This document shows, in pieces, positions 49,345 through 58,911 of a stretch of DNA of 64,000 nucleotides. The position numbers were made by a program, and so were the translations under genes. The stretch covers positions 288,001-352,000 of the forward strand of contig OZ241456.1 of the NCBI GenBank assembly GCA_965200875.1. Reading direction: 5' to 3'. Within the stretch, counting starts at the first letter, position 1. Every line of letters begins with the position of its first letter. The DNA is from Bdellovibrionales bacterium (lineage in GTDB: Bacteria; Bdellovibrionota; Bdellovibrionia; Bdellovibrionales; UBA1609). Under the pieces are notes generated by a model, which saw only the letters and a list, made by a program, of their open reading frames with translations, was not told the DNA's origin and searched no databases.

Positions 49345-50268
49345 ATGTTTGAAAATGATAAAAATAACCCCGCTTTATATCAAATAGTGAGTTTTTATCG
49401 TTTTGTTTCTTTTCCAAAGCCCGTTTTAAAACAAATGAAGGAAACTCTGATAAAAACCGGTGCGGAAAAAAACATTGTGGGCTTGATTCTCCTAAGTGTG
49501 GAAGGTATCAATGCCACCATTTCAGGAAATAAAGACAATGTAAATGACTATTTGCGGACAGTGGAACAGATTACGGGTATCGATAACTTTTTTTATAAAA
49601 AATCTCCATCTCCCATTCCAGCTTTTAAAAAGTTAAGGGTAAAAGCGAAACAGCAGATTATTTCTTTTAGGAAGTCGCAAAGCGTCACAGCGGATTTTGG
49701 ATTTCATAATTTGGAACCCGATGAATGGGAGTCCTTGTTAAATGAAGAACAAGTGACTGTTTTAGATATTAGAAATGATTATGAAATAGAAGTGGGTCAA
49801 TTTAAAAGATCGAGAAATCTAAAGTTAAAAGAATTTAGTGAATTTTCTGAAAAACTCAAATCCTCCACTTTGCCTAAAGCACAAAAGACATTGCTCTATT
49901 GCACAGGAGGCATTCGGTGTGAGAAAGCCATACTGGAAATGAAGAAACAGGGTTTTAAAGAACTGTATCAACTTAAAGGGGGTATTTTAAATTATTTAAA
50001 AACATTTCCAAACAGGAGTTTTGAAGGGGAATGTTTTGTTTTCGATCATCGTGTCGCAGTGGATCAAAACTTAAAAGCCTCCAGTAAATATGCCCTTTGC
50101 CCTCATTGTGGCCAAGCGGGAGGAAAGACTATTGATTGTCTGCACTGTGGAAAAAAATTTAAAATCTGTAAGCACTGCTTAAAAAAACAAATTAAATATT
50201 TAATGACTTGCACAAAAAACTGCTCGCATCATTTTCGTATGGGACATAAATGCAAAAAAGTTTTTTAA
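49345..50268 (+). CDS. trhO: Rhodanese-domain tRNA uridine(34) hydroxylase (UPF0176)
   Basis: EGINATISG, LDIRNDYE..G.F, YCTGGIRCEKA, LKGGILNY, GECFVFD.RV. Confidence 0.9.
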   Translation: MFENDKNNPALYQIVSFYRFVSFPKPVLKQMKETLIKTGAEKNIVGLILLSVEGINATISGNKDNVNDYLRTVEQITGIDNFFYKKSPSPIPAFKKLRVKAKQQIISFRKSQSVTADFGFHNLEPDEWESLLNEEQVTVLDIRNDYEIEVGQFKRSRNLKLKEFSEFSEKLKSSTLPKAQKTLLYCTGGIRCEKAILEMKKQGFKELYQLKGGILNYLKTFPNRSFEGECFVFDHRVAVDQNLKASSKYALCPHCGQAGGKTIDCLHCGKKFKICKHCLKKQIKYLMTCTKNCSHHFRMGHKCKKVF

Positions 50269-50316
50269 AGGAAAAACAGTTGCATAAACTTTGCTTTAAG
50301 TCTTAGACTAAAAAAT

Positions 50317-51240
50317 ATGTGGTTTGGAATATTAGCTTTTGTTTTTTGTTTTTCTTATTTTGCAGAAGGTGCGGATTGGTTTTCCGGGAAGAATATGACC
50401 TTGGAAGAGAAAATAAAATTGACAGAGCGTATAAGAATACAAACAGTGAAACAAAAAAACTCTTCAGCCCAAAAACATAAATATATGCGGAGCAATAATA
50501 AAAAATCATCTGTTCACTCTCCTTCTCGTTTATATGTTTCGAAAAAAGATCGTCATAATGTCAGAATGATTTTAGCTCTTCCTTTGGAAAACAGAAAACA
50601 GGCTTTATGGAATTACGGAGCACGGGGTTTTCTGGCTTTAAAGTATTTGGTGTTTTCAAAAAAAGAGCAAATGTCTGTTCGTTGGAAGGCTTTAACCAGT
50701 TTGGCGCGTTTATACCCGGAAGAGGCCCTCCCTATTTCCAGAAAGGCTCTTCGTAGTTCTGTTTGGTTCTTAAGGAATGCTGGTTTAATAGCCATAGAGA
50801 TCATAGATGTAAAAGAGAGTATTCAGAGGGCGGGGGATTTGTTGAACGATCCTTCTTTAATTGTCAGAACAGCCGCTGTTGATGTCCTTAAAAGAAATAA
50901 AGCCAGCCAGTATAAAATTCAGCTGATGGAAAAGTTAAATGCCCCTGATAGCTTTTACAAAAACAAGAGCCTTTGGATTCGTCACCATATTGTGTCTGCT
51001 CTGGCCAGTTTTTGTGAACCCGGGGAGGAAAGAATGTTTATTGCTTTTCTTAAGGATCCGGATGAAAGATTGCATGCTTATGCTATTTCCGCTTTGGAAA
51101 CATTAACAGGAAAGACATTTCGCACCACTGGCGACAAACGGAAAGTGGCTGAAAAAACACAAAAAAATAAATGGATAAGTTGGTGGACAGAAGGTCGTTA
51201 TAACTCCAAAACCCACTCTGAAATTTCCATAAAGCTCTAG
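50317..51240 (+). CDS. Exported HEAT-repeat protein
   Basis: Signal peptide; VRWKAL..L, WFLRNAGL, LNDPSLIVRTAAV. Confidence 0.75.
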   Translation: MWFGILAFVFCFSYFAEGADWFSGKNMTLEEKIKLTERIRIQTVKQKNSSAQKHKYMRSNNKKSSVHSPSRLYVSKKDRHNVRMILALPLENRKQALWNYGARGFLALKYLVFSKKEQMSVRWKALTSLARLYPEEALPISRKALRSSVWFLRNAGLIAIEIIDVKESIQRAGDLLNDPSLIVRTAAVDVLKRNKASQYKIQLMEKLNAPDSFYKNKSLWIRHHIVSALASFCEPGEERMFIAFLKDPDERLHAYAISALETLTGKTFRTTGDKRKVAEKTQKNKWISWWTEGRYNSKTHSEISIKL

Positions 51241-51253
51241 TTTTTTTCATTTT

Positions 51254-51852
51254 TTACATATCAATATTCGGTACGCCACCATAAGCTCCGGCCAAATATT
51301 TTTTAAAAATATTTTCATCATTTCTTATTCCTGGAAATTCATCTAATCTGTATACTTCACTTTCGCATTCCTGGTTTTTTTGAACTAAAAATATCTGATA
51401 TTTAGAGAGCACGCTCATTAAAATCGGCGTATGTGTAGCACAAATGAGTTGAGCACCTTTTGGATTGGTTTCTTCGGAAGTAAATAAATTAACCAAGGTT
51501 GGCAATATATTGGGATGTAAGTTGCGCTCTATTTCATCGATTAAAAACACAGAGCCTTTTTTTAAAGTTGGAAATATAAAACTTAGCAGATTGTATAAGT
51601 GTTGAGTCCCTCCTGATTCAAGAGGTAAAGGAAGCTTGAATGTTTTATCTTTACTTTTATGTATTCCATACGGGAAAAAATGTTTCTGTTTATTCCCTCT
51701 GAAAAAACAGATGACACCTTGGAGAATCGATCACCTTCATTACACAAACCAAAATGACTGGTTTTAGGGGCATTTTCATTGACCAAAAAATTCATTTTCA
51801 CCTCTTCTTTAAAAGAGTAAAAATTTTTGAGTCCAATAGAGATGATTGTCAT
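51254..51852 (-). pseudogene. Internally deleted AAA_21 (AbiEii/RloA-like) ATPase remnant
   Basis: N-terminus KNFYSFKEE stops before Walker A; another frame carries ESGGT..VFLIDEIERNLHP..AQLICATH..YLAGAYGGVP. Confidence 0.8.
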
Positions 51853-52105
51853 TTGAAACTCCTTTTTGCAAAACACTATAAAACTGGTTTATTTTAGATT
51901 ATTTTAACGAAAAATCTTATATTATTTATATAAATAATATATAAGCTATAATATAATCTTAATTTCAACAAAAAATCGTTAAAAGTCAACTTTTTATTGT
52001 TGATTTTTTTCCCTTAAAGGGGATTTCTCCTGTTTAATTCAGTTTTTGGGTCATAGGTAAAGGGATAATAGGGGAAAAATAAAGCTTTTTTATTGCTTTT
52101 TTATG

Positions 52106-52600
52106 TTAGCTTGCAGAAGATCTTTTATGGTGGTTGGTGATAGCTCGTTCTATATTAATTTCCCGGTGAATGCGATATAAAATGGATCGTTCTTCCAGAC
52201 CATTTGAGGGTATTCGTTTGGGGTTTTCTATAAAGCCTTTTTGAAGAAGTATCTTTTTTAAGACAGTTACTTTTACAGCAGGTCGGGATTTGGACTTTCC
52301 TTTTATCATTTTTATATGGAGGGTGTATTTTGCGGCCGCTAAGGTGTCATTTCTTTCCACCGGGAATTTCCATATTGTTTCTACAGGAATACTTTCTGTT
52401 TTTAAATATCCTTTTTCATTGTTTTCCGCTTCTATGGGATAGTCTTCCAGAGCTAACATGGTCGCACTCCAGATTTTTTGATAATCAGCCTGGAATATTT
52501 TTGAAATCGGGTGCATAATATTAGCAACCGGGTCTTTAGTCGCGCAACCGGATAACAGGAAAACAGAAAAAAGTGAAAACACCACATAAAATATTTTCAT
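52106..52600 (-). CDS. Lipoprotein of unknown function
   Basis: LLSGC lipobox; W.A...ALEDYPI..N.EKG.LKT. Confidence 0.75.
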   Translation of the reverse strand: MKIFYVVFSLFSVFLLSGCATKDPVANIMHPISKIFQADYQKIWSATMLALEDYPIEAENNEKGYLKTESIPVETIWKFPVERNDTLAAAKYTLHIKMIKGKSKSRPAVKVTVLKKILLQKGFIENPKRIPSNGLEERSILYRIHREINIERAITNHHKRSSAS

Positions 52601-52701
52601 ACAAAGTCTCTATATTTCTCAGTTTATTTTTATCAATAAATCTCCCCTGAGATTGACATATTAGTATAAAACCAAGACAATAGTTTGGCAATTATTATTA
52701 T

Positions 52702-52775
52702 GGCGGGGTAGCTCAGGTGGTTAGAGCAGCGGAATCATAATCCGCGTGTCGGGGGTTCAAGTCCCTCCCTCGCTA
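52702..52775 (+). tRNA. tRNA with CAT anticodon, probably elongator Met; CCA not encoded
   Basis: GGCGGGG/CCTCGCT acceptor stem; GCGGA-ATCATAA-TCCGC anticodon arm; GGTTCAAGTCC; lacks initiator features. Confidence 0.92.
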
Positions 52776-52895
52776 CTTTACTTTAAAGTGACAACTTCCC
52801 GCTTTCGGGGTCGATCCCACTTTTGTTTTTCAAGAAAGTCTTAAAAAATTCCGATTCTTGATATAACTGGTCCAAAATATTGAGAGTATGGAGAA

Positions 52896-54587
52896 ATGAA
52901 CCGAAAAACAAATAATATACGCGCATTAAAAATCAGATCTGTTTTTTTCTGTTCTGTTTTTTTCTGTTTAGCTCTTTGGCTGGGGCTGAACTTGCTTATA
53001 CGATCCGGGTCGGAAACGGAAAACACTTCCAAGAGTTTTGTTTTTGTTCGGGATCCTGCCAATGCTTTGTTTCCCGCCAGCCCCGCTGTGATACCAGCCG
53101 GTACACAAATGATGATACCTCCTTGGGTGTTGCAACAATACCACCTAAGTCCGCAAAATTCTCTGTATGGGGACCCTTTAAATTTTTTGATATATAACTA
53201 TGGCAAATCTGCTCCTTCTGTTGATAACGAAGATGAAGATGACATATATGTTCCTCTCACACGTTATAAAAGTGAAAATTACTATCGGGGTTATGATGAT
53301 TATGATGATGACGATTATTATGATCGTGGAAGAGATGATACAGTTATGATGTCTGTAACTCATTTGCAGGTAGCACCTGATTCCGCACCGGGAGGAGCAG
53401 AGCCACCGGGAGCAGGGTTCGCACCGGGAGCAGAGCCACTGGGAGGAGCAGAAAGTCCACCAGCAGAGGACGAAAAACCACAAGGCCCAAATGGCCCTGT
53501 TTTTGTTACGACAGAATCTGTTGATACCAGTCAAGTTCCTGAGACTCCTGCACTTCGCCCGGAGGAGAATTTATCTGCTACATATCCTGCCACTTGTGAT
53601 ACCACTGATGATGCTTTGTCAGATACAGAAGCGTCTGCACCTTGTGTGAATTGCGAGGATCAGCAACAGGGTTTTTTAACTCAAGTTGGAAAAGAGGTGA
53701 ATAGAATTGCAAGAGGAAAAAAATTTCCATTAGTCATAAGAAAAATTTGTGACAAATGTTCTCAAGTGGATATAAATGATTTAGTGGGATATATGGAACA
53801 AAGATCCAAGAGTGAAAATGTGCCTCCAGAAATTATGTTTGCTATTATGCTTCGTGAATCCAATGGAGATTGCGATGTGAGCGGGGATAGTGATACCAGT
53901 TTTGGTTTATTTCAACTCAATGTAAAAAACAGCTCGAAACTTAGGGTTTGTGAAGCCAATGAATTAAAAAATCAAACTGCAAGCGCACAAAAAACAGCCT
54001 GTAAAAATGGTGCTTATAGAAAAAATTCTAACTATGAAAATGTGCAGTATAAGAGTCAAGGAGGTCCAGATTTTAATCAAAGGCCAAGTATTGGAGTAAA
54101 TGTGTGTTTAAATAACCCTTATTGTAACTTTGAGGAGGCTTTGCATTTGTTGAAAGGGGAAAAGTGGCAAATAGGAAATAATAGAGGAGAGAGAGACAGG
54201 AGCAAGCACAAGCAAAAACCTCGCGGAAAAAGCTGGCAGGAAATGAGTGGAGAAGAAAGAAATCTATGGAGAAACGCTATTATTGCCTATAATGGAGATT
54301 ATTATCATTGGCAAGCTAAGGGGGCTATGGAGAGTGCTCAAGTGTCTGCTGAGCATTTTGATGATTGGGAGCGAAAACGAATATATTTTTTGCGACAATA
54401 TTTGAATATTGGAAACCGAAATAATAAAACTGATTCGCAAAACCGCCAAGCGCAAAAAAATCTCATCCATAATCTGGCTTATGTGGAAAGAATTACGGGC
54501 CGGGAAGCACGCGGGGGTTTGGTGGGCTCTTCTATCTGCCAGTGGACTAAATTCAGAACAGAAAATGCAAAACTATCCTGCAACTGA
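52896..54587 (+). CDS. Membrane-anchored protein with SLT lytic transglycosylase domain
   Basis: N-terminal TM, acidic Pro-rich linker, AIMLRESNG (catalytic Glu), SFGLFQL, AIIAYNG. Confidence 0.8.
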   Translation: MNRKTNNIRALKIRSVFFCSVFFCLALWLGLNLLIRSGSETENTSKSFVFVRDPANALFPASPAVIPAGTQMMIPPWVLQQYHLSPQNSLYGDPLNFLIYNYGKSAPSVDNEDEDDIYVPLTRYKSENYYRGYDDYDDDDYYDRGRDDTVMMSVTHLQVAPDSAPGGAEPPGAGFAPGAEPLGGAESPPAEDEKPQGPNGPVFVTTESVDTSQVPETPALRPEENLSATYPATCDTTDDALSDTEASAPCVNCEDQQQGFLTQVGKEVNRIARGKKFPLVIRKICDKCSQVDINDLVGYMEQRSKSENVPPEIMFAIMLRESNGDCDVSGDSDTSFGLFQLNVKNSSKLRVCEANELKNQTASAQKTACKNGAYRKNSNYENVQYKSQGGPDFNQRPSIGVNVCLNNPYCNFEEALHLLKGEKWQIGNNRGERDRSKHKQKPRGKSWQEMSGEERNLWRNAIIAYNGDYYHWQAKGAMESAQVSAEHFDDWERKRIYFLRQYLNIGNRNNKTDSQNRQAQKNLIHNLAYVERITGREARGGLVGSSICQWTKFRTENAKLSCN

Positions 54588-54588
54588 T

Positions 54589-57162
54589 TTATCTGCATAT
54601 ATTTTTATAGTTGTTATTATGTGTGCCAATATAGATTATCTGAATAATGCCATTTTGATCTTTCTTCCAACACACAACATACTTTTTTCCACTTATATGG
54701 GCATGATAAACATGTCTGTCTCTGAATCTAAATCCTGTTGAGGGTTTACTTACTCCTCTTGGTAGTGTTTCGTTTGGAGGAGGTGATAATCCTGTTCTTC
54801 GTAAAATATTCATTAATTGTGTAAGCTCGTTCAATTTCTCTGGTGGGAATTTATTGCCTTTGTGACCTATATTATTTGCTCTATTGTATGGAAGCATTAC
54901 TATGTGGTTTTCTCCTGCTCTTCTTTTTATCCGTGTTAAACCATTTAATAATTCTTGTATTTGTGTTTCGTCCGTTCTTGCTAATAGATTGCTGAGGATA
55001 GTTACTGTCCGCTCTCTTTCCTGTTCCAGTGTTTGTGGTGGTCTGTTGTGTCCAACCACTCCATCTTCCATAAGTGCTCTTACTTGTGAGGCTATAAAAC
55101 CAGCTTCTCTTAGTATTGTGGCTTTCTGTCTGATTTCAGGTCGGGTATAGACAGTGCGAGCTTGGTTTATCCAATTAGTGACTCTACTAAGCCTTTCTTC
55201 TCCTACAAGATGTGCTCTGTGGATGGCTCTTACTTGATCATTGCTTAAAGTTTGCCCCAAGCTTTCTTCTGCTGATTTTCTGAGTCTTCGTAAGTCACTT
55301 ATTTTTTCAGAAGTTTTTTGAATCGTACGAGCTAAAGCCACAGTCCCGGGAACAGCAACTGGGAGAGATAGCAAAGCCACATTCATCAGGCAGGATTTGT
55401 AATTTGCCTTTAAAGTGGCTGTCTCCTTGATTTCTTCACTACAGCTGTTGTTAGAACTTTGAAACTTAGCTCCCTCTATCCGATTCCAGTTTTCATTGCA
55501 TTCGTCAAAAGTGTCTTGTACATGATCCATTGAAGCCAAAACTTCCGCACTCAATAAAGCCCCCGTCATGCCTCGTGTTGGCTTGGTTGCTCTTCCTGCT
55601 GAAAGCACTCTTGCCACTTTTACTGCCGCTTTTCCTCCTAAAGCGATTCCTGTAAGTCCTAATGTTCCTGCCATCAACAAAGCATCTAAAGCCAGACCTT
55701 CCATTAAGTCATTGGCACTTTCTCTTTTGTCTCTGGCCTCTTCCCGGCATTGCGCCGCCTTGAGTGCAGAAAGCGAAGAGTCCCTCAGGCCATAGCTGTT
55801 GGGGCTTTCCAAATCATCCAGCTTAGGAGAGCTGGCAATAACCTGCAAAGTATTTTGACATTGTTCAGGATCATAAACTTGACTGTTCAAACATTTTAAA
55901 GCTTGTTTTTGCTCTTTCAGTGTGTCCATCAGCTCGAGACTGGTCACCTCTGCTTGATCTTTAAGTAATCGAACCACCTGTTGAGGAGACTCCTTTTCCT
56001 CTTCCAGAAGATCCGAAAGCCCAGACTTAAATTTATTGCCGTTTATCCAAGGGTAAAGCTCATCAATCATCCCTATTGTTGAAGTTAGTTTTTTTTCCTG
56101 ATCTGTCAAAGATTTCAAATCCTCACTCAGCACTGATAAATTCTCTGGAGCTTCAGAGTTTTGCCGGTCTGGTCTGGTTTTGGACCAAGCCCCTGTCCGG
56201 TTTCTTTGAATATACTGATCTGCTACAGAAGTTATTTGCGGGCGAACAGATTTTTTAAGCTTATCCTCTAAAAGCTTTTTGGCCTGAAGGGCCTGTATGG
56301 TTTGTTCAGCCACATCAAGGGATTTTCCAGGAGCGGAACATTGTTTTAAGTTCTCGCACTTTTCAACAAGTGCGGGAAATTCCTGAAAATCACAAGCCAC
56401 TTCAGGGAGCAGGGAGTGGCCTTCTTCTCCGACCATTTCACCTAAACTGGCAAGGCTGGTCAAAGTTTGCTCAATGCCTCTTTCAAGTTTCTTCATGGAA
56501 TAATAGTAATCGGCCACAAATCGTGTTTGATCCTTGGTTGTAACTGCTCTTCCACTTATCCTGCCACGCCGGCCTCTTCCGCTTCTTCCACCGACCCGGT
56601 TTGTTGTCTGAGGAAGACAGTCAGGGGAGCTTACAGGTCTTAGGGGAATAAACGATTCAATAAAATCAGCTTGATTGATATCAGCTTCCAGATGAGAGGG
56701 GTTTGGTTTTGCTCCATCGGTTTCACATTGGGAAATAGGTGAAGAGACTATCCCCAGATGAGAGCTTTTTTGATCCTGAGACAAAAATGTTTTTAAAATG
56801 TTGGGACAGCCAAAGAGAGCCTGGTTTTCTAGGCAAACTCCGGCGCAATTTTCTTCCAAAGGATCTCTTATGGAATTAATTTCCAAAAGAGTGCTCATTT
56901 GTTCTTCGGCAAACTGGTTATGGCATTTCCGCTTTTCCGATTCCTGATTTAAGTTTATAAATTCCTCTAAAGAGGGACAAAAGCAACCCGTTTCTGTATA
57001 ATAAACTCCACCGATCTCAGAACACTGTCTGGTGTTGTTTCTTTCTTCACGGGTTTGTTGATCATCCTGGAGAGATGATCTGTCTGGTTGAGCCAAGGCT
57101 GTTGTTATTATCAACATCCAAGTTGTAAGAGTCATAATCATTTTTACGAGAATCATAATCAT
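54589..57162 (-). CDS. Secreted multidomain protein with C-terminal RelE-like domain (putative toxin/effector)
   Basis: Signal peptide (ALA-Q), Cys-rich body, two hydrophobic helices, C-terminus YHAHISGKKYVVCWKKD..IIQIIYIGTH. Confidence 0.6.
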   Translation of the reverse strand: MIMILVKMIMTLTTWMLIITTALAQPDRSSLQDDQQTREERNNTRQCSEIGGVYYTETGCFCPSLEEFINLNQESEKRKCHNQFAEEQMSTLLEINSIRDPLEENCAGVCLENQALFGCPNILKTFLSQDQKSSHLGIVSSPISQCETDGAKPNPSHLEADINQADFIESFIPLRPVSSPDCLPQTTNRVGGRSGRGRRGRISGRAVTTKDQTRFVADYYYSMKKLERGIEQTLTSLASLGEMVGEEGHSLLPEVACDFQEFPALVEKCENLKQCSAPGKSLDVAEQTIQALQAKKLLEDKLKKSVRPQITSVADQYIQRNRTGAWSKTRPDRQNSEAPENLSVLSEDLKSLTDQEKKLTSTIGMIDELYPWINGNKFKSGLSDLLEEEKESPQQVVRLLKDQAEVTSLELMDTLKEQKQALKCLNSQVYDPEQCQNTLQVIASSPKLDDLESPNSYGLRDSSLSALKAAQCREEARDKRESANDLMEGLALDALLMAGTLGLTGIALGGKAAVKVARVLSAGRATKPTRGMTGALLSAEVLASMDHVQDTFDECNENWNRIEGAKFQSSNNSCSEEIKETATLKANYKSCLMNVALLSLPVAVPGTVALARTIQKTSEKISDLRRLRKSAEESLGQTLSNDQVRAIHRAHLVGEERLSRVTNWINQARTVYTRPEIRQKATILREAGFIASQVRALMEDGVVGHNRPPQTLEQERERTVTILSNLLARTDETQIQELLNGLTRIKRRAGENHIVMLPYNRANNIGHKGNKFPPEKLNELTQLMNILRRTGLSPPPNETLPRGVSKPSTGFRFRDRHVYHAHISGKKYVVCWKKDQNGIIQIIYIGTHNNNYKNICR

Positions 57163-57182
57163 TCAGTTGTTTGCAGGCTAGC

Positions 57183-57209
57183 TTATCGGTTGTCTTTTTG
57201 TGGACTTTA
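57183..57209 (-). promoter_or_regulatory. Sigma-28 (FliA)-like promoter of the 857-aa secreted protein
   Basis: Minus strand TAAA-GTCCACAAAAAGACA(15)-ACCGATAA, 20 nt before the first ATG. Confidence 0.7.
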
Positions 57210-57467
57210 GACTTTTATCTTAATTTTTTTAATGAAGCTCAAAAAAATCGTTTATTTTCCCAGACCATTAAATGCGCTCTCTCTTCCTTTTAAATGTGCG
57301 CACTCTTCCTTACAGGAAAGAAATGTTTTTTGAGTTTAGTCTTAGGTCCTGAAGTTATCTTTGGTCTTAATTTTTTTTTAATATATGTCGAAACAGTAAT
57401 AAGAGGCAGTCGTTCTTTAAGCCGTGAAGCGATGTTTTTTAAATTGTGAATATGAGGTAATTTGTAG

Positions 57468-58841
57468 ATGATATTACGAAAAATGTTGAGAAATAAAGTC
57501 ATTATGGTGGTTGGTGTTTTAATCAGTTTTTTAACTTTGGCTTTTCTTTTTTCTTCCTGTGGTTTTGTGAACAAGGGAGGGCCAGGTTCTTTTCAGGTGG
57601 CAAGCCAAGGAGGGCCGGGGGATGGAGAAACGCCCACTTTAGGCCCCCGCTTGCGGGATAACCCCCAATTGGCCGAAGAGAAGTGTGAGGATAATGATCG
57701 TTGTAAGGAGACCTGTCGGGATATGTACCCTGATAGCTATAAAGAATGTTATGGCCTTACCATTCAACAGGTATCCGATGTGGAAAATGTTTTTTATGCT
57801 CTCGTAAACGCAGATTCCGAAGAGCTGGAAGATATCGATGGCGATCATCTAAAAAATTATCTGAAGATTGGTTTAGATAGCTGGCAAGAAAGAGTGATCG
57901 AAAAACTGACCAGTAAAGATAATCGAAATGCCCGATTTTCCAATATTCTAACATGGATTGTAAACGAAGAAAAAGATGTAGTTCCCCTTTTGGAAAAAGA
58001 AGATCCGAAAAATGAAATTCTTGAACAAATTGTGCTGAAATATTGTAATGTGGCAGATAGTGGCAGATGTGGAAACACGGATAGTGCAAATCCCCACACT
58101 GGAGTTAATAATTTTCCGACAGGTTCTTGTGCTCTTAAGATAACAACCTCCACTGAGCCTAGTTATCGTTTTCCAAGTACTCCTAGTTGTACGGCTGGTA
58201 GCCCTGCTACTCACTATGTTTGTCCAGAGCTTAGTTATTTCCCGGAATACTCCATTGCTCATTCATTTACTACATTTAACGAGAGTGATGTTAGTATTGT
58301 TACTCAAGATAACCGGGGTTTTGCCTATGGTAACACTCAAGATGGTAAAGATGGTGTGGTGTTTGATTATGCGGATGATGGGGGATTATATTATTGCTAT
58401 CATTTAGCAGTCAAAACATCAGATCCTACCAAATGCTCAGGTGGGGGCTTTAATACTAACTTTATTGGTGACGATTACCCTTGTATCACTTTAACGCATA
58501 AAAAATTGGCTGAGATAGAAGATGATGACGATAAAGATCTGTTTATGTCTTTGGTGGGAGTGGGAAAGGTGTTTTTTAACAAAGCTGCTGACGATCTCAA
58601 AACAAGTGCTTTTGCTCTTGGGCATAAGCTTTTGGAAAAAGCCTGTAGTGGAGGCACTGATACATCTCTTACTCAATGTATGAGTGTGTTTTATTGCTGG
58701 TTAAATGATCATATAGGTGACGCAGAGATTTCAACAGGTACAGACAGTGAAAAATCATTCCTAAGAAACTCTGATCTTCAGGAAAAAATAGAACTGAGGA
58801 TTGCTGATTTGGAAGAGTGCGATTATAGCAATTTTGACTGA
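57468..58841 (+). CDS. Cys-rich lipoprotein, paralog 1
   Basis: FSSC lipobox; CEDNDRCKETC..CY and LGHKLLEKAC..C..FYC shared with the next gene. Confidence 0.75.
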   Translation: MILRKMLRNKVIMVVGVLISFLTLAFLFSSCGFVNKGGPGSFQVASQGGPGDGETPTLGPRLRDNPQLAEEKCEDNDRCKETCRDMYPDSYKECYGLTIQQVSDVENVFYALVNADSEELEDIDGDHLKNYLKIGLDSWQERVIEKLTSKDNRNARFSNILTWIVNEEKDVVPLLEKEDPKNEILEQIVLKYCNVADSGRCGNTDSANPHTGVNNFPTGSCALKITTSTEPSYRFPSTPSCTAGSPATHYVCPELSYFPEYSIAHSFTTFNESDVSIVTQDNRGFAYGNTQDGKDGVVFDYADDGGLYYCYHLAVKTSDPTKCSGGGFNTNFIGDDYPCITLTHKKLAEIEDDDDKDLFMSLVGVGKVFFNKAADDLKTSAFALGHKLLEKACSGGTDTSLTQCMSVFYCWLNDHIGDAEISTGTDSEKSFLRNSDLQEKIELRIADLEECDYSNFD

Positions 58842-58911
58842 ACTTTAACAGAGCGATACTTAAAATGATAATGCTCTTTAAGGAATAAATAGTGGGAAGG
58901 AGAGTAAAAAA

